64,000 bases of DNA from Bacillota bacterium (GTDB lineage Bacteria > Bacillota_I > Bacilli_A > Erysipelotrichales > Erysipelotrichaceae), in the NCBI GenBank assembly GCA_023388995.1, contig JAEWFD010000045.1:44497-108496 (forward strand). Direction: 5' to 3'. Position numbers and translations under genes: made by a program. The notes beneath the pieces were generated by a model that was not told where the DNA came from, did no database searches, and worked only from the letters and a program-made list of their open reading frames with translations. Positions 30,397 through 39,025 of this stretch are shown in pieces; the first letter of the stretch is position 1; every line of letters starts with the position of its first letter.

Positions 30397-31662
30397 TCAA
30401 GTTGCGATATCAGGCAAAATACTATGGAAAAAGTAACTTTCCGTTACTTCCTTGACTTTGTATTTATTTGCCAGCCGTTTTAAAAATGAAACAAGACGTT
30501 GATCATATACTTCACAATTGCTTAGCTGCAAGTAGCTTTCCTGCTCTTTTGCAGATGAAAATGCAGCTATTTCATCCCAGATTGCCTGCAAGGCAGCAAG
30601 TGTTTGCCGATGATCTGCCTGCTGCTTCAAACAATCATCAATCCGCTGGTAAAACAACATAGCATTTATTGGCTGATTGGCATCAAACCAAGATTGGAGT
30701 TCTCGTGCTGTTTCCCCATTTCGAGCTATTACATCAAAACGATAGCGCAGCCATTCCTGCCTTAGGATCTTTTGATTTGGATACAATAATTGACTGACTT
30801 TTACTGCCGAACGGTTCTTGTCTTTCACTTCCAGCATGATATCTACTTGCTGCGATGCTATTGTTTGATAGTACTGCAAGAATTCCTGCGTATCAATCGT
30901 GGTCGAATGTGATCCGCTTCTTTTACCAGTTTCTTGCTGGCTGTAATGTATTTTAGGTATTCCATCCTCTGCCTTCCATGTATCCTTCGCCAGCTTAATA
31001 TATGCAGCAGAAGACTTCGCTGCTGGTCCATTTACAGCATGATGCAATGTATCAAAGACCACTGGAATGCCGGTTTTATCGGAAATTTCAAGAACATCCT
31101 CTATATCGTATAACCGATCATCATGCTCAATCACCAAATGTTGCTTCACCCGATCCGACACCATGGTTCGATAGATATCCTGAAATCGTTTCTTTGCCGC
31201 TGCCTTGCTTTCGTAAATACCGCCTACGTGCAAGATCATCTTACTGGCTCTGGTTCCGCCGAAAGCCTCTAAAAGGTCTGCATGATATTCCAACTCTGCC
31301 AGCGAACGCTGTACAACGTCCGGATTAGGAGAATTTAAAATGGTATACTGCCCCGGATGGCAGGAGATGCGAACATGGTTCGCTGCCAGCTGCTGCCGGA
31401 TTGCTGCAAACTGCGGTTCAAATATGGTTCGCCAAGCCAATTGATTATGTTCGCTGGAACCAAACGGAATCAAAGAGGATGAAATGCGAAAAAGCTGAAT
31501 TTGATGAGCCTCATTATAAAATGTGATTTCCTGCATTGCTTGCAAATTTTCCGCAATAAGTGCCATCAACCGCTCCGGGGTAAGTGAACTGAGACGGCAT
31601 GTTTTCATTTGATAGTGCTCAACATCCAAATTCTGACATGCATAGCCAATCCGTGGTACCAT
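30397..31662 (-). CDS. uvsE: UV damage endonuclease UvsE (UVDE)
   Basis: The N-terminus IGYACQN and TIM-barrel UVDE-type His/Glu/Asp blocks (HPGQY, LHVGG, IEHDD, DTLHH). 421 aa. Confidence 0.85.
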   Translation of the reverse strand: MVPRIGYACQNLDVEHYQMKTCRLSSLTPERLMALIAENLQAMQEITFYNEAHQIQLFRISSSLIPFGSSEHNQLAWRTIFEPQFAAIRQQLAANHVRISCHPGQYTILNSPNPDVVQRSLAELEYHADLLEAFGGTRASKMILHVGGIYESKAAAKKRFQDIYRTMVSDRVKQHLVIEHDDRLYDIEDVLEISDKTGIPVVFDTLHHAVNGPAAKSSAAYIKLAKDTWKAEDGIPKIHYSQQETGKRSGSHSTTIDTQEFLQYYQTIASQQVDIMLEVKDKNRSAVKVSQLLYPNQKILRQEWLRYRFDVIARNGETARELQSWFDANQPINAMLFYQRIDDCLKQQADHRQTLAALQAIWDEIAAFSSAKEQESYLQLSNCEVYDQRLVSFLKRLANKYKVKEVTESYFFHSILPDIAT

Positions 31663-31711
31663 ACAATCACTCCTTCTCGATAGTATCCCCGGTTTCCATT
31701 ATAATCGACAA

Positions 31712-31719
31712 TATAAAAA
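31712..31719. repeat. Target-site duplication, left copy (TATAAAAA)
   Basis: An 8-bp direct repeat abuts the left IR of the ISL3 element. An identical copy lies at 33232-33239. Confidence 0.65.
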
Positions 31720-33231
31720 GAGTATATGAGGAACTTTTAGAAATGTACGACCTTTGAGGAACTTTTAGATTTTCTAGGAGTTCTTTTTGCTCTGCTTTGA
31801 GGAAGTTTTAGATGTCATAAAAATGACAAGACCTTATGATTACTTTGCGGGAACATAGGAGGTCTTGTCATGAATAAGTCTATCATAGAATTCTTAAATC
31901 TGAAAGAGGAAGAAATTGAAACTCTTGAATGCAACTCATTAAAAAACGAGCTGCTTATTCACCTATCATTGAAGCGGAAGCCACATCAGTGTCCAAATTG
32001 TAAAGCAATAACAGAAAAAGTCTTGAATCAATATGAGCGAACAATTAATCATGGTTTATTTATTGACCGAAAATGCGTTGTTCATTATAAGCAGAAACGC
32101 TATCGATGTTCCCTTTGCACTACATCATTTAATGAAACATGTACTTTGGTTACGAAACACCAAAAGAAATCAATTGCTTCCTATCTACAAATCATGGAAC
32201 TCTTGCTTGATCCACATATCACATTTACGCAGGCAGGAAAGTTACTGCATTTGTCACCTAATACCGTGATGGATACATTTAATGATAATGCACCAGTTTT
32301 CAAACCACAACTGCCACATGTGCTTTGTATTGATGAAGTCTATCTGGGTAGAAATGCAGTAAAGAAATATGTTGCCGTTCTGCTTGATTTTGAGACAAAC
32401 AATATCGTTGACATTATCTATGGGAGAACGAAGGATTCTCTTCATAGCTATTTCCAAAAACTCAGTAAAGATGCACTAAATCGCGTCCACTATATTAGTT
32501 CGGATATGTATGAAGGATATCGCTTTCTTCATCGCCATTACTTCCCTAATGCGAAACTATGTATTGATTCCTTCCATGTAATCCAGCTCGTATTAAATAT
32601 GTATAATTCCCAGTTGAAACAATTGATGAAGAAGGTTGATCGAGAATCCATTGAATATTTCCTTCTCAAACAGAAACGATTTCTGCTTCTCAAAAACAAC
32701 TCTTCTATTGATTGGCTTAAACAAGAGTATAGCCGAAAGCTGGGTTATCATGTTTACCTAATGAAATATCGTCAGATGCTATTTGAGATACATCCGCTAA
32801 TTCAGGAAATTTATGAATTAAAAGAAGCTTATATTGAGTTTAACCGGCTCCGAAGGAGAGAGGATGTAATCCAGCAAATGGATATCCTGATTCAACGATT
32901 TACTTCTCATCATAACACTGAAGTACGAAGAGTTGGTCGAACGCTTTTAAAGTGGAAACAGGAAATCCTAAATTCATTTGTTTGGTTTAATCATAAACGG
33001 ATATCGAATGGACCTATTGAATCGAGAAACAACACTATAAAATTATTGATTCGTAATGCAGCAGGATATCGCAATTTTAGTCATCTTAGAGCACGTATAT
33101 TATATTGCATCAATTGTAATAAAAGGGTCGGTAATTAAACCAACCCTATCATTTCTAAAACTTCCTCAAAGCTTGCTTCTAAAACTCCCTCAAAGCTTAC
33201 ATCTGTTTTTCTAAAAGTTCCTCAAAGACCC
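31720..33231 (+). mobile_element. Complete ISL3-family insertion sequence (1512 bp)
   Basis: The terminal IRs GAGTATATGAGGAACTTTTAGAA (31720-31742) and the reverse complement of 33209-33231 (GGGTCTTTGAGGAACTTTTAGAA) match at 20 of 23 positions. There is a single 422-aa transposase ORF, flanked by the 8-bp TSD expected for ISL3. Confidence 0.85.
31870..33138 (+). CDS. ISL3 family transposase
   Basis: N-terminal zinc-finger (CPNCK...CSLC), central DDE region (IDEV...SSDMYEGY...IESRNNTIK), RBS AGGAGG. Confidence 0.9.
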   Translation: MNKSIIEFLNLKEEEIETLECNSLKNELLIHLSLKRKPHQCPNCKAITEKVLNQYERTINHGLFIDRKCVVHYKQKRYRCSLCTTSFNETCTLVTKHQKKSIASYLQIMELLLDPHITFTQAGKLLHLSPNTVMDTFNDNAPVFKPQLPHVLCIDEVYLGRNAVKKYVAVLLDFETNNIVDIIYGRTKDSLHSYFQKLSKDALNRVHYISSDMYEGYRFLHRHYFPNAKLCIDSFHVIQLVLNMYNSQLKQLMKKVDRESIEYFLLKQKRFLLLKNNSSIDWLKQEYSRKLGYHVYLMKYRQMLFEIHPLIQEIYELKEAYIEFNRLRRREDVIQQMDILIQRFTSHHNTEVRRVGRTLLKWKQEILNSFVWFNHKRISNGPIESRNNTIKLLIRNAAGYRNFSHLRARILYCINCNKRVGN

Positions 33232-33239
33232 TATAAAAA
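33232..33239. repeat. Target-site duplication, right copy (TATAAAAA)
   Basis: Identical 8-mer to 31712-31719, directly outside the right IR. Confidence 0.65.
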
Positions 33240-33276
33240 CTCTTCGATTATTTCTTCCATAACCAAAGAGCTCCTT

Positions 33277-33954
33277 TTATTGCTGTTTCTTCTGGATGAT
33301 AACGCTTGTACCATTTACGATCAATCCCATCTTATCATTGGTGAAATTAACGTAATCAAAATCAACGCCAATCATCGCATTTCCACCTTTGAACAAAGAC
33401 TCTGCAATCGCCCGATTCAGAGCAACTTGCCGTGCTTCTATTAACTTTAGCCGGTATTCTGTTGCTTCTATTCCCAGAAAGTCAGACCATCCCGCAGTGA
33501 AATCTGCGAAAAAGCCTGTACCAAGTACAATTTCACCTGTTACAATTCCACGATACTCCAGTATTTCATATCCTTCAAATTGGAACCCCGATGTTACCAA
33601 GTGCTGTTTGATTTCACTCTGAAATTTGCCTGCATCGACTAATTCGATAAAGCGCCGTAGATTGGTTCTCACTCCAGCAACATCCATTGAATCCCCAAGA
33701 CTTTGCTTCCGCAATTCAAAGTAGCTATGGAGTTTATCTATCGTAGCTGGATCATATTTTGCTTGATGAAGATGAGTTTCAACCACCTTTAAATCTTCTT
33801 CCAGCTCTTCCGCAGTTTGATATTTCTTGGCAACACTGAATGGTTGCAATCCTTCATAACAATGGGCGCACAAAGTTACATCTTCCAATGACATTTCATA
33901 GTTATTCAGCCCATTCAAGCGTCCTTTGCAATGGTCACAAACTTTTTTCTTCAT
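33277..33954 (-). CDS. Zinc-ribbon / YbjQ (UPF0145, DUF74) fusion protein
   Basis: N-terminal CDHC...CAHC zinc ribbon, and a C-terminal YbjQ-like domain (VTSGFQFEGYEILEYRGIVTGE...NAMIGVDFDY). Confidence 0.6.
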   Translation of the reverse strand: MKKKVCDHCKGRLNGLNNYEMSLEDVTLCAHCYEGLQPFSVAKKYQTAEELEEDLKVVETHLHQAKYDPATIDKLHSYFELRKQSLGDSMDVAGVRTNLRRFIELVDAGKFQSEIKQHLVTSGFQFEGYEILEYRGIVTGEIVLGTGFFADFTAGWSDFLGIEATEYRLKLIEARQVALNRAIAESLFKGGNAMIGVDFDYVNFTNDKMGLIVNGTSVIIQKKQQ

Positions 33955-33978
33955 GTAATTTCCCCCTTAGTTTATGAA

Positions 33979-34641
33979 TTAATAGCTTTGATCCGCTGCT
34001 TTTTGTTGTACCAGAGCAACACCGCTGCTTGTTCCGATGCGATCAGCACCCGCTTCAATCATCTTCTGCAAATCATCATATGAACGCACACCGCCAGCAG
34101 CCTTTACAAGCGCCTTATCCTGTACACTATCTTTCATAAGCTTCACATCCGCAAACGTTGCTCCGGCAGTTGAGAAGCCAGTAGATGTCTTCACAAAATG
34201 TGCACCAGCTTCGACACACAACTTGCAAGCACGTATTTTTTCTTCCTCTGTAAGCAAGCACGTTTCAATAATAACTTTCACCACATTGCCTTGTGCTGCT
34301 GCAACTACCGCTTTCACATCTTCCAAAACATATTCATCACGATGCTCTTTCAAGGCCCCGATATTGATAACCATATCAAATTCACCGGCACCATCTTCCA
34401 ATGCAAAATTCGTTTCGGCAGCCTTTGCTTTGGTGCTGGTAGCCCCTAATGGAAAGCCAATCACTGTGCATACCTTCACAGAACTGCCTGCAAGTTCTTC
34501 CTTGCATATGCTTACCCAGGATGGGTTCACACATACAGAAGCAAACTCATACTCTTTTGCTTCTGCACATAGCTTTACTAGTTGGTCCTTTGTAGCATCT
34601 GCCTTCAACAAAGTATGATCAATATACTGATTTAATTTCAT
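33979..34641 (-). CDS. deoC: Deoxyribose-phosphate aldolase
   Basis: [17 protein letters not shown], and the Schiff-base Lys in FVKTSTGF. 220 aa. Confidence 0.9.
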   Translation of the reverse strand: MKLNQYIDHTLLKADATKDQLVKLCAEAKEYEFASVCVNPSWVSICKEELAGSSVKVCTVIGFPLGATSTKAKAAETNFALEDGAGEFDMVINIGALKEHRDEYVLEDVKAVVAAAQGNVVKVIIETCLLTEEEKIRACKLCVEAGAHFVKTSTGFSTAGATFADVKLMKDSVQDKALVKAAGGVRSYDDLQKMIEAGADRIGTSSGVALVQQKAADQSY

Positions 34642-36098
34642 AATGTTTCTCCTTCTTCCATCAATTCACGAAGTGCTTCTTTCGCCACAATGTGGTCACC
34701 TGCATAGTCTTCATCCCCATAATCACGGGCTAGAAAATCCTCATCACCTTTGCCGAGAATCAAGACTGTATCATCTTTATCAGCCAGGGCAATCGCTTGC
34801 TGGATTGCTGCTTCGCGGGATTCAATAAAGACCGTTCTTTTGCTGGAAATACCACTGCGAATTTCATCCGCAATCTGTCTGGTGCTCTCATTTCGTGGAT
34901 CTTCTTCTGTCAAAATAATAATATCACAATACTCATCACTTATCTTCCCTAAAATAGGTCTTTTTTTCGTATCCCTTTGTCCGGCGCTGCCAAACACCGT
35001 GATAATTTTGCTGGTAGGTGGTGTAATTGCTTTTGCATACTCATAAATCTTATAGAATCCATCTGGTGTATGGGCATAATCAACAATCACTTGGAAATTC
35101 TGTCCTTCCTCGATTCGCTCAATTCGTCCTGAAACTTGCCCTAGATCGTTTACATGCTCCAAGATGGTTTCCAGCGGATAGCCAAGCGCCATAACGGAAG
35201 CAATGGATGCCAGCAAATTGGAGACATTGAATGTTGCCAGCAAGTTGGTTTGTACTACAAACTTGTTATCTTTGTAGTATAGGACAAAAGTTGTACTATC
35301 CGGTTCCATCATGATATTATCAGCTCTTAAATCTGCGTCTTGGAATAAACTGTATGTTACAATCGGACATTTGCAAGCACCAGCAAACTCTTCATAGTAG
35401 GAGCCATCTTTATTCAGAATCGCGATTGCCTCCGGCGGCAATGCATAGAACAGCTTTTTCTTGGCTTCCAGATATCCTTCCATCGTACCATGAAAATCCA
35501 AATGCTCATGGGTAAGATTGGTGAATACACCAACATCAAAAACCACTGCATTCGTCCGTTTCAAATCCAAGCCATTGCTGGAAACTTCCATACTGACAGC
35601 TTGCACACCCTGTTCATACATATCATGCAATGTGCGATGCAGATAGATGGCTTCCGGGGTTGTATACGGAGAAGGAATCTTTACGTCATTGTATTCAATG
35701 GAGATCGTTCCGATGTATCCGCAGTTCAGCTGCAAACGGTTCAGCAATTGATAGGTAATATAGGAAACTGTGCTTTTGCCGTTGGTCCCGGTTACGCCCA
35801 GCACCTTCATCTTGCTGCTGACATGATCATAATACTTGTCAGCCACGATATTCAGCGCATCCAATACATCCGGTACTGTGATATACACAATGCCCGGTAC
35901 CTTTGTTTCAATTTCATCACTATGGACGATGCAAACTGCACCCTTGTCAATTGCATTCTGAATATATTGATGCCCGTCATAGTGCAAACCCTTTACACAA
36001 AAAAACATGCCATGTTCTTTCATATCTCTGGAATCCTGCGACAAATGTTCAATGCCAATCTGCGGTGCTCCTGCAAATAATTCATGTAAGTATTTCAT
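34638..36098 (-). CDS. murE: UDP-N-acetylmuramoyl-L-alanyl-D-glutamate--2,6-diaminopimelate (or L-Lys) ligase MurE
   Basis: Mur ligase P-loop [10 protein letters not shown] and a C-terminal EDPRNE block. Start at ATG 36096-36098 after AAGGAGAA. ATGA overlap with deoC. Confidence 0.9.
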   Translation of the reverse strand: MKYLHELFAGAPQIGIEHLSQDSRDMKEHGMFFCVKGLHYDGHQYIQNAIDKGAVCIVHSDEIETKVPGIVYITVPDVLDALNIVADKYYDHVSSKMKVLGVTGTNGKSTVSYITYQLLNRLQLNCGYIGTISIEYNDVKIPSPYTTPEAIYLHRTLHDMYEQGVQAVSMEVSSNGLDLKRTNAVVFDVGVFTNLTHEHLDFHGTMEGYLEAKKKLFYALPPEAIAILNKDGSYYEEFAGACKCPIVTYSLFQDADLRADNIMMEPDSTTFVLYYKDNKFVVQTNLLATFNVSNLLASIASVMALGYPLETILEHVNDLGQVSGRIERIEEGQNFQVIVDYAHTPDGFYKIYEYAKAITPPTSKIITVFGSAGQRDTKKRPILGKISDEYCDIIILTEEDPRNESTRQIADEIRSGISSKRTVFIESREAAIQQAIALADKDDTVLILGKGDEDFLARDYGDEDYAGDHIVAKEALRELMEEGETL

Positions 36099-36108
36099 GC
36101 TGTTCTCC

Positions 36109-37419
36109 TTATGCCAGATGTCCGTAACAAGCATCTTCGTCATAGGAATCGATGATCACGGAAACCATCGCCCCCTTCAATACCCTTGTACTCTTTTCAA
36201 CGACAACTTTGATATATTCACTGGAATATCCATAGTGACTGCCACTTTCCGAATGCTCCATCAAGACAGCTAATTCGGACCCCACAAACTTTGCATGATA
36301 TGCCAGCTTCAATTCCTTGGATAGAGATAACAGCGTATTCACACGTTCTTTCTTTTCTTTCTCATCCACATGTTCTCCCATTAAGGCCGCAACAGTTCGT
36401 TCACGCTTGGAATACGGAAATACATGCAAGAACGATAATTCACATTGCTTGATGAATGCGACTGTACGTTCAAAGTCTTCCCTGCTTTCTTTCGGAAAAC
36501 CAACAATCACATCACTGGAAATGCTGACCAGCGGATTCACACGACGGATTTCCTGCACTTTCGCATAGAACTCTTCTGTATTATACTTCCGGTTCATTGC
36601 CTTTAAGGTATCATCCGTTCCTGATTGCAGCGGGATATGGAAGTGCTTGGCAATCCGGTCTTCCTGCTCTGCAAGAGCAATCAATTCCGATGTCAATTCA
36701 ACTGCCTCAATCGAAGAAAGACGCAGACGTTTTAACTTTGGCACTTCATTCAGCAAACGCTTGATTAAGGTATATAAATCACTTTGCTGATCGACCCCGT
36801 AGCGACCCGTATGAATACCCGCCAAAACAATCTCCTGATGTCCTTTTTCTGTCAGCTCTTGGGCAGATGCCACGGCTCGCTCAACAGATAGAGAACGCTC
36901 TTTTCCTCTCGTAAAGGGTATAATGCAGTAAGAGCAGAACTGATTGCAGCCATCTTGCACCTTCAAATACGCACGTACCTGATCAAACTGCAGCACCCCT
37001 TGTTCTTCAAATGTCGCATCTTTGCGCACATCAAATAGTTTCACCGAAGGCAGCACAACTTCTTGTTTCTTTTGCTTGCCCATAAATTCCTCAACAGCCT
37101 TAACCACTTCTTGCTTCCCGCTCGTGCCAATCAGCACGTCGACTCCTTCCAGCTTCAGTAAGTCTTCTGCATTAGTTTGCACATAGCAGCCAACGACACA
37201 AACAACAGCATTGGGATTCTGCTTGATTGCCTGCCGCACTTTTTGCCGGCTTTTGCTTGCTGCCGTATTCGTAACAGCACAGGTATGGATGACATAAACA
37301 TCAGATGCTTCATGGAAACCAACTTGCTGGTATCCATGAGCCAGAAAGTCTTCGACCATGCCTTGCGATTCGTATGTATTGACTTTACAGCCAAGCGTAT
37401 GTATTGCGAATGTATTCAT
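36109..37419 (-). CDS. mtaB: tRNA N6-threonylcarbamoyladenosine methylthiotransferase MtaB
   Basis: UPF0004 N-domain Cys residues, radical SAM CNQFCSYC, C-terminal TRAM domain. Confidence 0.9.
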   Translation of the reverse strand: MNTFAIHTLGCKVNTYESQGMVEDFLAHGYQQVGFHEASDVYVIHTCAVTNTAASKSRQKVRQAIKQNPNAVVCVVGCYVQTNAEDLLKLEGVDVLIGTSGKQEVVKAVEEFMGKQKKQEVVLPSVKLFDVRKDATFEEQGVLQFDQVRAYLKVQDGCNQFCSYCIIPFTRGKERSLSVERAVASAQELTEKGHQEIVLAGIHTGRYGVDQQSDLYTLIKRLLNEVPKLKRLRLSSIEAVELTSELIALAEQEDRIAKHFHIPLQSGTDDTLKAMNRKYNTEEFYAKVQEIRRVNPLVSISSDVIVGFPKESREDFERTVAFIKQCELSFLHVFPYSKRERTVAALMGEHVDEKEKKERVNTLLSLSKELKLAYHAKFVGSELAVLMEHSESGSHYGYSSEYIKVVVEKSTRVLKGAMVSVIIDSYDEDACYGHLA

Positions 37420-37430
37420 CTTCTCACTCC

Positions 37431-38201
37431 TTAAAAAAGCCCCAGCACTTTCTTGCGATCCAGTTGCCGCAAGACAGCTGCCTGACAGCTTTGCGAATAA
37501 AATCCTTGTTCCACTCCATATTGCAAAGCTTCTCTCTTGTTTCCTTGCACCAGCAAGCGTGCCATTGTTTGCTGCTGTTCCCTTGTCAGTACAAAGGGAT
37601 TCGCAGTTTCATCAAAAAGCGGAACCAGCAAACATTCTGTATCCTTCCGCAGATAGAATTTGTGCAGCTGCGAGTGGTAGAAAACGGCAGTATCCGCTTC
37701 CTGCAAAACATAGGTTGTCGGTACAAATATGCCATCAAAACAAGCAGTTCCATATAGATCCATGATCACATGGCGATAGTCCTTGCGCAATGCCTGATAT
37801 TGTTTTCGTTCAAAAACGATCATCTCCTGCTGATAGATTTGATTCAATCTTTGATCAAAAAAAGAGATCACGCACGATGTTCCTTCATATTGAAAAACGG
37901 GCAATGCAGTATAGCACTGCATCAAATCAATATTCATGATCCGCACCCGTTCATTGTAGTCTAAAACCGTCCAATATTGCTCTATTTCATCCATGAACAA
38001 GCAGTATGCCTGTTCGATGGCTAGTTTATTGGCCAATGATTGCAAACTCGCACTTGCTTCCAGATAATCCCATTCTTGTTTTAAAACAAGAGGCTTGCCC
38101 TGCCATTGCTTCAGATATGTTGCAACCAGCTGTTTCTCGATATTGGATTTCGTCAGCATCCGGGGAATTTGTTTTTCCAGGATCGCACAAAAGCGTTTCA
38201 T
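37431..38201 (-). CDS. Hypothetical protein (256 aa, soluble, no recognisable motif)
   Basis: A long ORF with its ATG overlapping the rsmE stop (ATGA at 38198-38201), ending 11 nt before mtaB. I recognise no domain. Confidence 0.6.
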   Translation of the reverse strand: MKRFCAILEKQIPRMLTKSNIEKQLVATYLKQWQGKPLVLKQEWDYLEASASLQSLANKLAIEQAYCLFMDEIEQYWTVLDYNERVRIMNIDLMQCYTALPVFQYEGTSCVISFFDQRLNQIYQQEMIVFERKQYQALRKDYRHVIMDLYGTACFDGIFVPTTYVLQEADTAVFYHSQLHKFYLRKDTECLLVPLFDETANPFVLTREQQQTMARLLVQGNKREALQYGVEQGFYSQSCQAAVLRQLDRKKVLGLF

Positions 38202-38935
38202 CGGGAAAGCTCCATTTCATAAGATATGGCAGCCAGTGCATAGATCCCGGCACTCTCCGCCCGTAAGATCCGCGGCCCTAATGCGCAAGTTCGATAACCG
38301 TGTGCTTCCAGTTTGGAAACTTCCTGCTGTTCCAAACCACCTTCGCAGCCTACTACCAAAAGCAACGACTGACCGGCTTTTAAAGATGTAACAACATCCT
38401 TCAGCACACTATGCTCGTTGGCTTCTTCGTAAGCAACCAATTTATAATCGACCGCATCAAATTGTCTCAGCAATTCATCCAAAGACATCGTATCATGTAC
38501 GAGTGGATAACTGCTGCGCCGTGCTTGTTCTGCCGCTTCGATCACAATTTTCTGCCATCGCTGCTGCTTCTTGTCTTTCTTCTCATCCATTACTTTCACA
38601 ACCGTCCGTTTGGTTATCAGCGGCACAATGTCGCTGACACCGAATTCCGCTGCTTTTTGCAGAAAATAATCGAACCGGTCTCCTTTGATGATGCTTTGGG
38701 CAATCACCACCCGGCAAGGCAGCTCGGAAGACTGCATGATCTCATGCACGACTTGCCCTTTGACTTGCTTTTCTTCAATGGTTAGGGTAACCAGGTATTT
38801 TTTTTGTGTTGGATCAACAACATATACTTGCCGTCCGGTTTCATATCGCATGACATGCACCAGATGGTGCACTTGTTCTTGATCAAATACGACTTCCTGA
38901 TTAAAAATTGCTGTTGTTACAAAATACTGTTGCAT
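38198..38935 (-). CDS. rsmE: 16S rRNA (uracil1498-N3)-methyltransferase RsmE
   Basis: N-terminus MQQYFV..., PUA-like plus SPOUT domains, C-terminal LGPRILRAE[ST]A motif. Start at ATG 38933-38935 after GGTGA. Confidence 0.85.
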   Translation of the reverse strand: MQQYFVTTAIFNQEVVFDQEQVHHLVHVMRYETGRQVYVVDPTQKKYLVTLTIEEKQVKGQVVHEIMQSSELPCRVVIAQSIIKGDRFDYFLQKAAEFGVSDIVPLITKRTVVKVMDEKKDKKQQRWQKIVIEAAEQARRSSYPLVHDTMSLDELLRQFDAVDYKLVAYEEANEHSVLKDVVTSLKAGQSLLLVVGCEGGLEQQEVSKLEAHGYRTCALGPRILRAESAGIYALAAISYEMELSR

Positions 38936-39025
38936 AAAATCACCGACTATAGTGTACCATATTTTCCGAAGTCGTGCAGTAAACTTTCTATAACATTCCA
39001 CAAAAAAAGCTGCCCAAAGGCAGCT

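Noticed and set aside
34037-34618. Long plus-strand ORFs antisense to deoC. Similar cases are 35490-36080 antisense to murE, 39806-40447 antisense to clpB, 45072-45749 antisense to rhuM, 16559-17086 antisense to dnaG and 57887-58369 antisense to the BMP lipoprotein gene.
   Set aside because: These are shadow ORFs opposite well-supported conserved genes. Their translations are low-complexity (S/A/F/L-rich) with no motif or SD.
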